A stretch of 64,000 nt of DNA from Guillardia theta CCMP2712 (GCF_000315625.1 NW_005434652.1:186379-250378), one strand, 5' to 3'; positions 33,402 through 46,681 are shown, counted from the stretch's first letter. Notes: generated from the letters alone by a model not told the origin. Program-made: numbers and translations.

Positions 33402-34668
33402 GATCTAAAAGCGGCGAATGAAACTGAGGCGGACCTGTTCGGATCTAAGTTAACTCTGAGAGTCTTAAAAATATTAAGGCTGCTAAATCTGAGGAGAGCT
33501 CAAATTAAGAGTGAAGATAGCTGGCTATTTTGGGGTAGTCCGTGATGGCATTTCATTGAATGAGAGCAGAGAGAAGGGAGGGAGGGGAAGGGAGAGGATG
33601 AAGGAGAGACAGCGAGGACAGGAGAGGAAGGAGATCGATGATAGTTAGAGCTGAGGGGAGGGGAGAGGAGGGGAGAAATCGTGATAATTGTGGAGGTTTG
33701 AGGAAGGTTTGAGAAGAACAAGAATTTTTGAGCAAGAATGAGCTTTCAGTTTATGAAAATCAGAAAACGGCGGCTTGAGAACGTGAATCGAGATGAAGAT
33801 GATAGCGAAGACTAATACTTTGTTGATCATGGTTGTGGGCTTGTCAGTTCGAGGTCAGACTGTGTTTGCACAATTTCTTGTTCATTAAGGTATGATCGGT
33901 ATTCACGCATCTGCTACAAACCATTACATTAGCGAGAACTCAATATATCCTTTGCTGTGAGGCAGAAGGAGCATTAAACACGCTGATCCTGCTGCTCGTT
34001 TTCATATCTTCCTCACCCTTCACTTGCAGATGTTTGAGATTTTGCAGCGTGCGAAGAGAGCGCCTGAACTTCCTCTTGCGGTATCTGTTCCTCGTCTATC
34101 CTGCTGGCAACTCGCTGAGCTCTCATGCAGGTGCGGGAGTGCATGCACAACATGCAAGTCGGATCTGTTCCTGTCTCGACTGCGCAGAACCTGTGCAGCA
34201 CTGACGGGTCGACCTACATGACCCCTACGTCAGGTGATTGAGAGCAGAGCAGAGCATGGGGGAGAGGAGGGCAAAACCGGGCCGGATATTAGTTTTCTCT
34301 CAGTTTGTGTTGGATGATTGATGATTAACTTCATATTCTCACTGTTTGTTTTTCAGAGAACGACAGGATGGGACTGTACGGATACGATTAGAACCTCACC
34401 TTGTTTACACTTACCTGTTGATATGAGAATACAGCATGATCACAAAAATCAAACACAGAAGCAGGGGAGTTGCCCCAGTGATGGGATGGGCTTTGAGATG
34501 TTCCTGAGAAGAGATACGAAAGGAGAAAAGTAGGGAAAACGTGGAGATTCATGGGGAGGAAGGGGACTGATGTCCGATGTTATCAGTTAAGATTCTTCAA
34601 TCTTACAACCCCGTCGTCCGTCAAAATTTAAAGAGTTTGCAGCACACTTATTTACATCTCATTTTCTT

Positions 34669-35565
34669 CTACATGTCAGCATAGAACTCTTCCACTGGAT
34701 TCTTGTTCAATCGCTTGGAAACCTTGTCTCTTTTCTGATGTGAAGAGTTGAGCAAGATAACAACAAGAAATACATCGCCTTACCTTGCTATTCATATCTC
34801 CATCGTCACTCGAGTCAGAATCTTCGTCGCTGGACTACAAATTGCTAAGATTCGTTCACATTCCACAATTCTCTTATACCTTCATGTCTTCATCCCCTTC
34901 TCCTTCTTCTCCTTCTTCTCCTTCTTCTCCTTCTTCTCCATCCTGTTCGTCAAAGATCAAAAAATAGAAGTCGACTTGACTTGCTCTCTAACATCTTCTT
35001 CGAATAGGTAGGAAATGTTCCAGAACTTGACCTGATACATACGTGAGCAATGTTGATGATGACGACGATGAAGAAGACGAGGAGGAGGAAGTGTGATCAA
35101 GACGTGGGTGACAACAAAAACGACTCTTACCGTGTTGTCATGTGACGAAGAAGCAAGGAACTTGTTGTCATGTGACATCTGAATGTGTTCTACCGGACAT
35201 CCATCGTGTTCTCCAATGACGCCCTAATCAAGAAAACATCACTCAAACTATCAGAACCCTCCTACTTTCTCCAGTTGGAGACTAAATTCCGGGCCCACCT
35301 CCCTCCCCCCCTCCCTCCCCCTCCTCCCCCTCCCTCCCCCCCTCCCTCTCCCTTTCCCTCCCCCATCATATCCCATCGACAGTCATCATCGCATCTTACC
35401 AGAAGTTTGTTGGGCATCACAGATATCACCCGGATGATTCCGTCTTCAGAGCACGTGATGAGTGTGTCCTCGTCAACCTTGACCATGCTCTCCACACTCT
35501 GACACAACCGTCAGGCCAAGAACTTTCTGCTGCTCCTGCTGCTCCTGCTCCTGCTCCTGCTCCTG

Positions 35566-35639
<74 letters not shown>

Positions 35640-37655
35640 CCTGCCTTTTCTCGCGCGCAGGCGCCTGCCCCCATGCATCGCTTCCTCGTCTCGCGCCTGA
35701 TCGCCAGGTCTGCTCTGACCTGCGGGTGTCCCACAAAACGATCGTTGAAGTCGCCCCAGTCGCCCCAGGAGAAGATCGCAAGGATGCCGCTCTGAGTTCC
35801 GCAGACAACCTGAGGAAGAGGAGGAAGACGAGGAGGACGAGGAGGACGAGGAGGACGAGGAGGACGGAGACGATGAGAAAGAGACAAAGCACGCGTGGAA
35901 AAAGTGGTTGAGAAGGACGAGAGAAAATGTCAATTAAGGAATGGGAGGAGGTGGGGAAAGAGGAGAAGAAGGAAGAGGAGGAGGAGGGGGGAGAGAGAGG
36001 CAACAGCCTCTTTCTTCACCTTTTTCCCCCTTTTCACAATCGAGATCGACAAGAACTCATCCTCCATCTGGAGCAATTCAAAGAAACATTCAGATTCACT
36101 TTCATCTTCCAACCTTTCATCCCCTTCCTCCTCCTCACCAGCCCCGTTCCCTCCTCCACGTAACTGCCGATCTTCACCCTCTCTCTTCCAGTAATCAATC
36201 CCTCCTCCTCTTCATACTCTCCTCGCTCCTCTAAGATGCCCTCAACATCTCTACCTCACCTGATCCGACATTGCGATCAGTTTCCCGCTCTTCCGGTTCC
36301 ATACGCTCAAGTATCCATCACCACCTTGCTCATGGTCAGGAACTAACCATCTCCTCCTCCTCCTCCTCCTCCTCCTCCTTCCCTCCTCCTTCCCTCCATC
36401 ACTCTCATGGCCTGGCTCACCCGTGCAGAGCATCGTCTTTCCATCGCTCGCCATCGTTATCTCCGAGATATAATCCTCGTGCTCCCGCAGCTCGTGGCAG
36501 CATCTTTCAAGCTAGTCACCGGAGCAGGGAACATCCTTTCCTCTCTTCCTCCCTCCCTCCCTCCCTGTCTAGCCCTCCCTCGTTCTTCTCCCCTTCCCGC
36601 GACTCCTCCTCCCCCTCCTGCCCCTCCCTCATCTACACTCATCGTCAGCCTTCCTCTTCCCTCCCTCCTCACCGCTGCTGTCTCAGGTCCCAAAGCTTTA
36701 TGACGCCTTCGTCGTCGCCAGTTGCAAGAAACTTATCGTCCATGACCAGCATCGCGTTCACGGGAGCCTCATGAGCGTTGTCTGTAGTGTGAAAATGGAG
36801 AGGAGAGGAGAGGAGAGAAGAGGAGAGAAGAGAAGAGAAGACAGGATAGGACGGGACAAGACAGGACAAGAGGCAGCAGAATAACGAGAGGAGCGAGATA
36901 GGAGTAAATAGGCAAGTCAGCAAACGCAATGAAAAAGTTTCCTCCACTCACTCATTACCCCCGACACTTTTCCCGCGTTCATGTCATAACCTGATGTAGG
37001 ATGTTACCAACAAGAGGATCCATTGCAAGATTCACATGAGACTGAAGTATCCTTGGATCCCATGAACAAGGACTTCCCGTCAAGAGAAAACTGCAGTGCA
37101 CGCGTTGATCTGTTCCATGGCTCACAAGAGAATCCTGAAAAGAAAGTTCGAGTTCGAGTTTCTCACAGCTTGTGATGGTCAAGAAGGGCAAGCTGATGGT
37201 TTCCTTGAAGTGAGTATTGACAGATACAAACTTCACCCGACACCTGAAAATGTTTATGAGCCGGAGGGAGCAATGGTGAAACGGTCAAGGGAATCGGACG
37301 GGATGCGATTGGACGGGATGGGGCATCTGGAGATTCATCAAAATTTTACCGAAGATGCAGCGATGATCTCGTTTTCAGGGTGAAACGCGAGTCTCATAAC
37401 ATGATCGCTCATGATCAAGTCGTCGGGACTTTCTTCTGCCTGTTAGTACACGTTACACTCAATGAAAACGTCTCGTCCAATGGATCTCCGTCAACCTTCT
37501 CCACCACCACCATTACCACTACCACCACCACCACCACCTGCTCCTGCTCCTGCTCTGCCTGCTCCTCCTCCTGCTCCTCCTCCTGCTCCGCCTCCTGCTC
37601 CTCCTCGCATCACTCCGCTCTCAGTCGCTTCCACCTGACGTACCGGCTCCGCCAT
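34669..37655 (-). CDS. WDR55: WD40-repeat protein WDR55/JIP5 (ribosome biogenesis)
   Basis: Exons read AHEAPVN...LATGDDEGVIKLWDLR, GDGYLSVWN, SDQ.EDEFLS, KVVCGTQSGIL.IFSWGDWGD..DRFVGHP, LITCSEDGIIR and LASSSHDNTVKFWN. Acidic tail ending EEFYADM*. Confidence 0.88.
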
Positions 37656-38482
37656 GCTTCACGTGCCCTTGGCCCTCGTCCCCGCACTTTCACTGTCAAA
37701 TCAGAAAATTCACGGAAGGGTCCGTATGTACGGGTATGTGAATTTCAACAAAGGGTAGGGGTACATAAAGTACCCCCTCTATAACCTGTAAATTGAGAGG
37801 TATTTCTGATTTATAATGGGTACTCAGAACGAGGGGTGGGGTATTGAGTAGGGTAAAAGTTTACGTAATTTGGTTGCTCTGAAGTCAACCGACAAGAAAA
37901 TGCAGGAGAATGCAGGAAGGGGAAGATGAGGAGCAGGAAGATGAGGAGCAGGAGTAGCAGGAGCAGCAGGAGGAGGGATGGAATGGATGGAGGAAAGTTC
38001 GGGAGGAGGGAGGGGTTGATATCAGGTGGTGGATGGGCTACAGGGGCGGGAGGGTATGACGGGGGGATAGCATATGCTGATGGCAACATTGTGAGTGGGT
38101 GATAGGAAGGAGACCAAGCATGCAGGGAGAATATGCAAGAACAACCAGAGAAGACCTGGAGAAGGGTATGGACGAGGAAAGTTGACGTGAAGAAAGGACA
38201 TTCAGCTGGATTGATCTCCTTGAGACAATTTAGGAGCAGAGTATGGCGTTGAAGAGAGAATTAATGAGGAACGATGATTTAGTTTGGAAAGCATTTGATT
38301 CCGACTGACTGCTTTGCTCTAGACTGTACAGAGATTGGATTGTAAATGAAGCCGGAGCGATCAACCCGAGAGTAGCAGAGGGAATATAGAACAAGTCGTA
38401 TGACTTAAGTTTTGCCTTGCTCCCAGCTCATCAGCATCTGCAGCCTCCATACCTCTGAGGGGATCAGTGTAGTGTAGTGAGA

Positions 38483-40192
38483 ATGAAGGGGTCGAGATCC
38501 CTCCTTCCCTTCAGGCTCCATATCTTCAAGAGGCTCTCAGCGTATCCTCGATGGAAAGTTGTCTCGGGTTTTCTCGGCGCCCAATTCTTCATCATCCTCA
38601 TCATGAGCCTGGGGTTGAGATTCGGTCCGGTCGGTCAGCTCGCCAGCTCGCCTCCAAGACCTGGAAGCCTGCTTGTCTTCTGCGATGATGACAAGTACCA
38701 AGGGAAGTTGGAGGTGCTATTGAAGAGAGCAAGTGATCTGTCGGGAGGGAGTGTCGTCAGTCCGTTCGCCACGATCTCGATCGATGGTAAGATGGTTGAC
38801 AACAGGGAAGCAAAATTCGGATGGGACTCGAAGTTCCGCAGGCCGTCCTATTTCAACGAGCGAAATCCACAATGGAATGAAAGGAAATGGTTCTGTGTGC
38901 CCAAAGGAAACGTGACAATCAGTTTGCACATCTTTGACTATCATATGATTGGGAGCAACGATGAGATCGCAACAGGCAACATCTCCTCTCTCTTCCAGCT
39001 CGCTGTAGTCGAGCACACTAGCGGAACTCTGCCTGAACAGACTTTCCAGCTTTCAAAACCAGGAGCAGGAGCAGGAGCAGGAGGAACAGCCACGGTAGGC
39101 ATGAGATTCTTTCCTTCCATGACGTATGCGGAGGTCGCCGACTCCCTGGACACTGGCGACGTCATCTTATTCTCTGGCGCGACCCGGTCGGGAAAGTTTA
39201 TAGAGGTAGCGACAGAGTCACAATTCTCACACATTGGGATAGTCATGAGGGAGAATTCCTCTCTGATGGTGATAGAGTCGAGCACCAACAGGGCAAACCT
39301 GCACGACTGTGTGACGGGAAAAGTCTCCTCGGGGGTGGAGAAACTTTGGCTGCCGGACAAGATCTTCTGCGCGTTCTACAACCGGGTCGCCATCCGCAGA
39401 CTCCACCTCAATCCACCTCCCCTCCCCTCCTCTTCTGCCTCTTCCTCTTCCTCACCATCTTCTACCTCTCTTCCTCTCTCTCGAGCTCAGTTGGATCAAC
39501 GGATCCGCCAATTCTATGCAGCGCACCAGGGGGTCCCATACGAAGAGTTCAAGCTTGACATGGTGAAGGCTGAGTTCAACCGCAACCATCACTTCGACAA
39601 CTCTTCGCTCTTCTGCTCCGAGTTCGTCGCCTACGCCTTCCGCTCTGTTGGCATCTTCGCCTCCAGTGAGCTCCCCAGCAACGTCCTGCCCAACGAATTC
39701 TCGTCAGAGACGGACAAGCCGCTGCTCTCCTCGCACGTCTACCTTGAGAACGAGATCTACATCAGGAAGCCTCAGCAGTGGAAGCAGGGCCGCTGCTTCA
39801 TGCACCCCGAAACGTGCGGCTGCGGCAGGCAGGAGACAGCATACGATATCAGCTTTGCGTGCTGGTCACAACCCTGCGGCAGCATGTTTGCTGTCTGGTT
39901 CGGCGCGCTGTGGGACGTGGGGCTGGGGCTGAGCCTGGAGATTTTCATCTTCGATCTCATCATCCTGTGGGCTTCCTCAGTTGTGCTGGTCAACTTGTAC
40001 ATCATCCGCACCCATCAGATCTGGTTGGCGCAAACCAAGAAAGTCTCTCCGGACTCAGAGGAGGGGAGAGGGGGGCAGACGGGCGACGGGGGGGATGCGA
40101 TGACACATGAAGAACATGAGAGGGGGGGGAGATACGCAGGATCAGGGGCTGATGACTTGGAGGAGGGAGGAGGGGAGAAGGAGCACGAGTGA
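38483..40192 (+). CDS. Intronless membrane protein: TM - C2 domain - permuted papain-like NlpC/P60 (YiiX/YaeF-type) domain - TM
   Basis: C2 motifs GKLEVLLKRASDL, PFATI, NPQWNE and IFDYHMIGSNDEI. Peptidase-fold motifs LDTGDVILF, FSHIGIV (His at 39230) and LFCSEFVA (Cys at 39614). Hydrophobic segments near both ends. Confidence 0.85.
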   Translation: MKGSRSLLPFRLHIFKRLSAYPRWKVVSGFLGAQFFIILIMSLGLRFGPVGQLASSPPRPGSLLVFCDDDKYQGKLEVLLKRASDLSGGSVVSPFATISIDGKMVDNREAKFGWDSKFRRPSYFNERNPQWNERKWFCVPKGNVTISLHIFDYHMIGSNDEIATGNISSLFQLAVVEHTSGTLPEQTFQLSKPGAGAGAGGTATVGMRFFPSMTYAEVADSLDTGDVILFSGATRSGKFIEVATESQFSHIGIVMRENSSLMVIESSTNRANLHDCVTGKVSSGVEKLWLPDKIFCAFYNRVAIRRLHLNPPPLPSSSASSSSSPSSTSLPLSRAQLDQRIRQFYAAHQGVPYEEFKLDMVKAEFNRNHHFDNSSLFCSEFVAYAFRSVGIFASSELPSNVLPNEFSSETDKPLLSSHVYLENEIYIRKPQQWKQGRCFMHPETCGCGRQETAYDISFACWSQPCGSMFAVWFGALWDVGLGLSLEIFIFDLIILWASSVVLVNLYIIRTHQIWLAQTKKVSPDSEEGRGGQTGDGGDAMTHEEHERGGRYAGSGADDLEEGGGEKEHE

Positions 40193-40574
40193 GAGACGTG
40201 AAAGAGGAGGACAAGCTTGAGGTGGTCGCACCAACTCAGAGAAGCGAAGAAGAGTAACAACCGTATTAACATTTTCACAGTATTTACATGTTCACAGTTT
40301 CAACTTGTAATTTAATTTAAATAAACCACTACACGACTACAACACCTACTGGTCACAAACTTTTCTGTCCCTTTCGTGGTGAGTTGACCCCCTGGAAACC
40401 ACTATCACTATCAACACCGACAAAGCTCGGACTATCTCAGCAGCAGCAGCAAGTGTTCATCACCTCGATCATGAAGCTATCGTAATCTCTCCACGAGCGC
40501 AAGGGGAACCATTTCATTGGGCCGATTGTTCTTTACCAGCCATGAGGCAACCCACATACAGACAACAGGATACC

Positions 40575-41544
40575 TCACCTTGCTCTACCGTCTCTTGCCG
40601 TCAATGGCGTCCATCGATGACCCCCCCATAGTTCCCTCCTGCTGGGCGGCGCCTGTGCTGGTGTCAGGACGGGCCTCTTAGACTGTTGTTCCTTCACCTC
40701 CTCGCTCCTTGCACCTCTCTTGGGAAGAACTTTGCTGCCGACTGCGAGGAAGCGGTGCTGATTCATCGCCTGCGCAACCATTATCTCTCTCGTCACCGCC
40801 CCCCCCCTCTCCTGCCCCTGCCCCTGCTCCTGCCCCTCCCTCCTCACCTCCGGGTCGTGCCGGGGAGTTTGACATCGCAACAGCCCCCTCGCGCTCACGC
40901 AGCGAGGACGAGGAGTGGCGCAGGAGGCTCTCTGGCTGCCAGCTGATCTGATCTCAAGGCGGGCGAGCTTGAAGTCTTCCTGCAGCTTCTCCAGCGAGAT
41001 ATGCGGGACAGCCGGACTCTGACTCTGAGCAACAGGCTTCACCATTACAACAAGGCTCATCCGCTGACCTGACCTGCCGGTTTGCGTGGGGGTGAACGCG
41101 ATCATGGTCAGCATCTTTCTTGAGGCGCTTCACTCGCCGAGCATGCAGGGTTTCCTCGTTGAGGTAGGAGGTACCAGCAGGAGCGGTCCTTGGGGGAGGC
41201 ACGTCGAAACTCAGGTGAGGAGGTCGAGCTAGGGAGAAGTGAGAACAACACACACATGACTCGTTCGATGCTCATTCACCCCTCCTGCTGCTGCTCGTCT
41301 TGCTCGCCCGCTTCGTCGCTCTCTCTTGTGCAGTTGAAAGAGAAAGTTTGCTGGCCTTGAGCTCTGTGCTCCATACCTCTGCTTCGTACAATAGCTGCTC
41401 CCTGCGGGAGGGACATCGGGGCTTATCGCTATCGACACTCTCCTCGAAGTGCAAGTTTGATAGCATCTCCATTTTGTTCTCTTTGCTGCGATTGTCCAAG
41501 TCATTATATGGAGAGAACGATTGTCGACGTCTCGTCTGCTCCAT
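40575..41544 (-). CDS. Hypothetical low-complexity protein (multi-exon)
   Basis: ATG ORF 41544-41272 and ORF 41114-40575 are linked by splice-like sites. No domain recognised. Confidence 0.4.
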
Positions 41545-42129
41545 CCCTTGTTATCAAACTTAAATTTTCCACCAGCTCCAAGGCAAGCCCGAGTGCTCTT
41601 GCGTTAATGATGATGTTTGCAGCTCGCGTCTGACAAGTTCAAGCAAATTTGAACCCATCGAGCAAGGCGCTTGTATTTCCTGCCAGACAATCAGACTATC
41701 TGAGATAACAACTTGTCATAGCATCGCATTTGATGATGATCTCTTCTCATCCACTCATCATCCTCTCGATCCACATTCAAGCCAGGATCTGCCATCTCTT
41801 CCCTCGTCTCTCCCTCCTCACAACATTGATATCCGAGTGCGCAGGCGCGTCTAAGCTCACTGGCAGCTGCCCCATAGCTGCAACATCGGCGTCGGCATCC
41901 CCTCAGTTGCATCATTAGTTCAACTGCTTGCTCAAGTCACCCCCTCACTGACTCGCCACCCTCGGAGCATCAAGGGGCCTCTCCCCTGCGGCAGCCTCCC
42001 TCACTGCTCAGGCTCCTTCCTGTCCACTGAATCATCGGCTGGGCTGCTTGCGCCGTCCACCATGAACTGACGGGGTTCACAGTCCGATCTCTGACCGGTC
42101 ACCATCACCATCATTATGATCAAAGTTTA

Positions 42130-43060
42130 CTTTACCGCCGATCGGACCGTTGGGACCAGGACCTACTAGGCTTGCCAGTGACCGGGACTCGACCGTCGGA
42201 CTCGGCCTGACTCAGGCCACTCCGGGCCGACTCGTCGGTCAGTGCCGCGTGACTCTCGCCACTCTGATACCGGCGGCGCGTCCGGCCCGGGTCGGGAGTC
42301 CCGGGCCCGGCCCGGACTCCGGAGGCTCCCGGAACCCGGCGGCGCCGCGGCCCGCCGCCGGCGGCGCCGCGGCCGCTCACTGTCAGCCTGGCAGGCCAGC
42401 GCGGCCTGGCAGGGCCTGCCGGGGCCCGACTGATCAGGGGCCGCGGGGCCGTGCAGTGCGGAGGCTGGCAACTTGAACGCGGCCCACAGTACGGCCGCGG
42501 GCTGAGCCGGCCTCGGACGGCTGATGCTCCGCCATTCAACTGAGTCTCGGAGTCCGAGTCCGGGCCCCGGGGCCGCCGCGCCGCCGCCGGCCATCGGGCG
42601 GCCATGATGCGGGCCGGCACCGTCTGCCGCGCGCCGCAACCGACTCACAGGCTGTAGGCTCAGGCTCGTCGGATGGATCGGATGATCCCGCCGGCTGCCT
42701 ATGCCAGCCGTGCCACGGTCAGATCATCGTAGCCGCTGAGCGCCGAGTTAACAAAAACTCTCCTGTAAACCAAGACGACTTAAGTGTTTTCAAGACGGCA
42801 ATGTAGTGCACTGAGGCACCGTCGAAGAGGGGGCTTTCCTAGCCTCAATTCTGGTTTTGGTGTGCATTAAACTCGGTCTTGAGCAAACTTGAACTGTCAC
42901 GCTTCAGTGTTCAACGGTTACAACTAAGGTCGATGTGATATCTGCGTGACCGGGACTTTGGCATAGGCTCGCCAGCGTCACCCGGCGGCCGCCGCCGCAG
43001 TGAGATGGCCGCCGCGGCGGCGGGCATGCGGCACCGTCACCGCTGCCGTTTCCTAAGTCA
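42130..43060. other. GC-rich CCGG/GGCC/GAGTC-dense intergenic block with an embedded lower-GC core (42740-42950)
   Basis: Composition and word usage like 11164-11750. Confidence 0.55.
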
Positions 43061-43793
43061 TAGCCGCAGCCTTGTTAGCGGTAGTATGTTGGCTCGGAAC
43101 TTGTGACTTGAGGCTCCAAGTCCGCCTCTGATCCTGCGCTGCGTACGTCATCGAACGGTCGAGCCTGACGGAGCGTACGCCGAGCAGACTCGACCCCACC
43201 CCTCAGTAATCCTACGTGTGTCGATAACTTCAGGGGTGGGTCCAATGTGACCATAAAAAAGTCCGAAACGATGCGGAACAGACTTGTACAAGAATGAGAT
43301 CTTTACTACAAAGAAAATTCATGAAAATAGACCTTTTCGATTACTACCCCCGAAACCCTGGTACTATGTCTTCTTCAACCTACGTACCTGCGGGAATATT
43401 CCAGTAAGACCTCGAGATACCCTGACCCCCACCCTCTTAATTTTTTTTAGTACCCCCGAATTGGTTGATTTTGTACCCCCTTTTTTCCAGAATCTTTGAT
43501 AACGCAATCCACCCCCACCTACGTTTTCCTTTTGCGACTCTCAAAAGGTCTTGAGGCCTGGAATTGCACACCTGGTTAGGGTGGTAAGTGGACATGCCAC
43601 TCACGGGTGGTGGATTTCAAGCAATTTTTAACCCAATATGGAGGGGTCCGCAAGGAGAAGATTGGGTACTGCAAGATATGCCCATAGCGTAAAGAGAGGC
43701 GATGCAGGGGTGGGGTCCGAGAAAGACCCGAAATACCCCTCAACTTCACAAATCGTCCCAAGGTTGGGGTGGGTGGTACTGAAGGGCAAGAAA

Positions 43794-44282
43794 ATGGAAG
43801 ATGCCGAGTTAGCGCACGCGTGGGGAGAGCTGGCAGCATCGGGAGCCCGCCAGCTCATCCTGTCTAGGGAAGCTTGCAGATCGAGGAGGAAGCGGTCAGG
43901 GAGGACAGGGAGGATGCAGCGAGAAAGGATCAAGGACAAAGAGCTGGCTGAAGAGGAAGGTCAGTTCTCGGCCGCGTCCTCTGACGAAGATGCTCCCAAG
44001 GAGACGCCGATATCGAAGATCACGAGGATACTGTTGACGAACAGGAGTCTACGTGTCAGTAAGATCGCAGTTGAGTCAAGAGAAGATGCGGGAGAGAAGG
44101 AGCGGGAGAGGGATGATCGGCAGTGCTATGTGGCAAACCAGAAAACTTCTGAAGCGTTGGTCCATGCTCTATCTCGCCGGTATCGGGGAATGGAAGGAGA
44201 TAAGGGTAGCATGACGCCTCACATACATCCCCCTCGATATGTAGCAGAGGTCTTACGTTCTTCTATGGACAACAATCATTAA
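43794..44282 (+). CDS. Hypothetical charged protein
   Basis: ATG ORF of about 162 aa directly downstream of a GGGT/ACCC block. No domain recognised. Confidence 0.35.
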   Translation: MEDAELAHAWGELAASGARQLILSREACRSRRKRSGRTGRMQRERIKDKELAEEEGQFSAASSDEDAPKETPISKITRILLTNRSLRVSKIAVESREDAGEKERERDDRQCYVANQKTSEALVHALSRRYRGMEGDKGSMTPHIHPPRYVAEVLRSSMDNNH

Positions 44283-44507
44283 CACAGGGTTGTTTCGGTG
44301 TAGACTGTACATTAACAACATAAAATTTGATGATGAACATGATAAAACATTTACAAACACTGTGTACAACACCGTGCGCGACTTGACAAGGATCAAACGA
44401 CGCAAGGAATCAGCTGCATTGGGCTGTCAAGAACCCCTCGGAGAGATAGATGGGTTGGTTGTGACTTCCGACCCCTGCCAAGGCAGCTGTGATCAGATTT
44501 ATCCTCC

Positions 44508-46681
44508 TCACCTCGTCCATGGAAGCAGACCTGTCTGATGCAGCTGCGAGCCTGGAGCAAACGTCTGACCGAAGCTGTTGGATCCCCAGCAGTAGACCGC
44601 GTTCGACTTGTCGACAGCACACGTGTTCTGTCTTCCAGCAGACACCTGGAGTGGAAGAGGAGAAGCGGATAAGATTGAAGATTGTTGTGAGAAAGGGAGA
44701 GGAGAGGAGAAGAGAGGAGAACAGAGGAGGAGAAAGGAGAGCGGATGGGGATGACGGCATACACACCTGAACCCAGTCATACTTTCGAGGGCCCGAGCAA
44801 AGGCCGGTGGCACAGTCTGCGCTAGATTTGCAAGGCACTCCTGTCGACTTCCCTGCTGCATCAACGCATGTTCCCTGCAAGGGAGAAGATGAGATGATGG
44901 AGAAAATCTGGACTAGGCTTACAGGCTGGTGAGGAACATTTAGTTGACCATAGTTGTTCGAGCCTGCGAAGGAGTGAGATTTTTTCCACCTACTCCAGAT
45001 TTTCTCATTCCAAATCCAAAACCTTCTCTTCCACTCATCTATCCTTATTATTTTTCTGTCCCACAACCAAATTTTCCTGCAGGAAAATACAACTTCCTTG
45101 CTTCCTCTTCCCCGTCAATCTTTTCATCCCTGTCTTCCCCCCTCCTCTGCTGCTCACCCCAACAGTCCATGGACAGGTCTGAGTGGATGCCACAAGTATG
45201 CACCCATCCAGCAGACACGCGGAGCCAGGAATTGGAGCACGGGATCTTAGTCTGTCCCTCATGTCCTCTGCTTGCTCAAGTCAACCACCAGCTACCATCA
45301 TTCCCTATCACCTTCCCCAGCAGTACAAGTAACGATCGCTGTCGATCCCACACGTGTGCGAGCCCCCTGCAGCGAGCTGGATCCAAGTTCTGGAGATGGC
45401 TGGCACGGTAGCCTGCCCAACGTCATTGTTCCCCCAGCACACCGCAGAGCCGTTGTGAAAGATGCCACAGGCATGGGTCTGACCCACAGCCACGTCAGTC
45501 CAGTAGTCGAAAACGGGCATCTCGATCTCCTTGTAGAAGTTGCTGCCCCAGCACACGATCGTCCTGTTAGACGGCACGTCGCACTGAGTAACGTATGAGT
45601 AGAAGCAAGGATGCCGCTCGAGCCACTTAGTCGACCAGTCGTTGACTGCTCTGCACTGTCCCCCACACAGATACTGCAAGTTGCATCCTGTCCCTGGCTG
45701 CTGCCCTGGCCCGCACACTGGAGCGTACAGGTAGCGATCCTCGTTGAGAAGGGCACAAGAAAAGCCGCTCCCCACACCCACCTGGGCCCACTTGAACCCT
45801 CCCTGGCTCAACCTCTCCCAGTCAGGAGGGGAGGGCATCTGCAGCCTTCCGTCTCCGAGAGCAGTGGGTCCTTGCCAACCCCAGCAGATCATGTTGCCAT
45901 TGTATCCTATCGCACAGTTGTGCTGGTTTCCCACTCCCACGCTGACCCACACGTCCTGCGCTGTCCACGATCCCTTGGGCCAGAGGATGGGCGCGGTGAC
46001 TCCAAAGAAGTTTGTGAGCGTCTTATTGTTCTCGCTGTTGCCCCAGCATTCGAGCCTTGACGCTGAGCTGATGGCGCATGTATGATCGGTCCCTGCCGAC
46101 ACCCGCGTCCTCGTGCACAGGCAAGTCGACATGGTGTCGATATTTCCACCCCAGCACGTGTATCCCGTCTCTGTAGAGCAATCGGAGGAGCAGCCATCCC
46201 CGTCGATCGTGTTGCCATCATCACAGCCTCCTGGAAAACATTCCTGTGAGCATCCTGAAGTCTGGCAACAGCCGCTGAACAGTCGGATCCCGTCACCGCA
46301 CAGGACGGTACAGACGTCTGCCGATGTACTGCTCCCTCCTACACACTGCCAACCCACCTCCACTGTACAGTTGCTCGAGCAACCATCTCCGTTGATGGTG
46401 TTTCCATCATCACATTGCTCGTTCTGAAGCCGAAAACCATTCCCGCACACATCCTTGTACCTCGACGACACGCAGACACCGTCGATGCCGCAGGACGTGA
46501 GGTCAGTAAGACCGTAGCAAGACGATCCTGCGTTCACCCCTCCAAGACAGAAGTAGAGTACTGTTGAGCTCGTGCTAGTGGTACCCTTAGATGCAGGAAA
46601 AAAGGCTAAGAGCAACGCTGGGAACAACAGTTTCTGAATGTGTCGGTGCTGCGCAAGGAAAGCGTCTATACCACAGCGCAT
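44508..46681 (-). CDS. Secreted protein with Myxococcus-type Cys-rich repeats and RCC1/BLIP-II repeats
   Basis: Hydrophobic leader LLFPALLLAFFPA. Two CG[ND]G...CDDGN...GDGCSS.C..E.G..C repeats. Multiple (V/A).G..H.C.......CWG repeats across 3-4 exons. Confidence 0.85.

Noticed and set aside
33830-34533. Possible small + strand gene
   Set aside because: Splice-like signals are present, but I could not assemble a convincing frame or motif.
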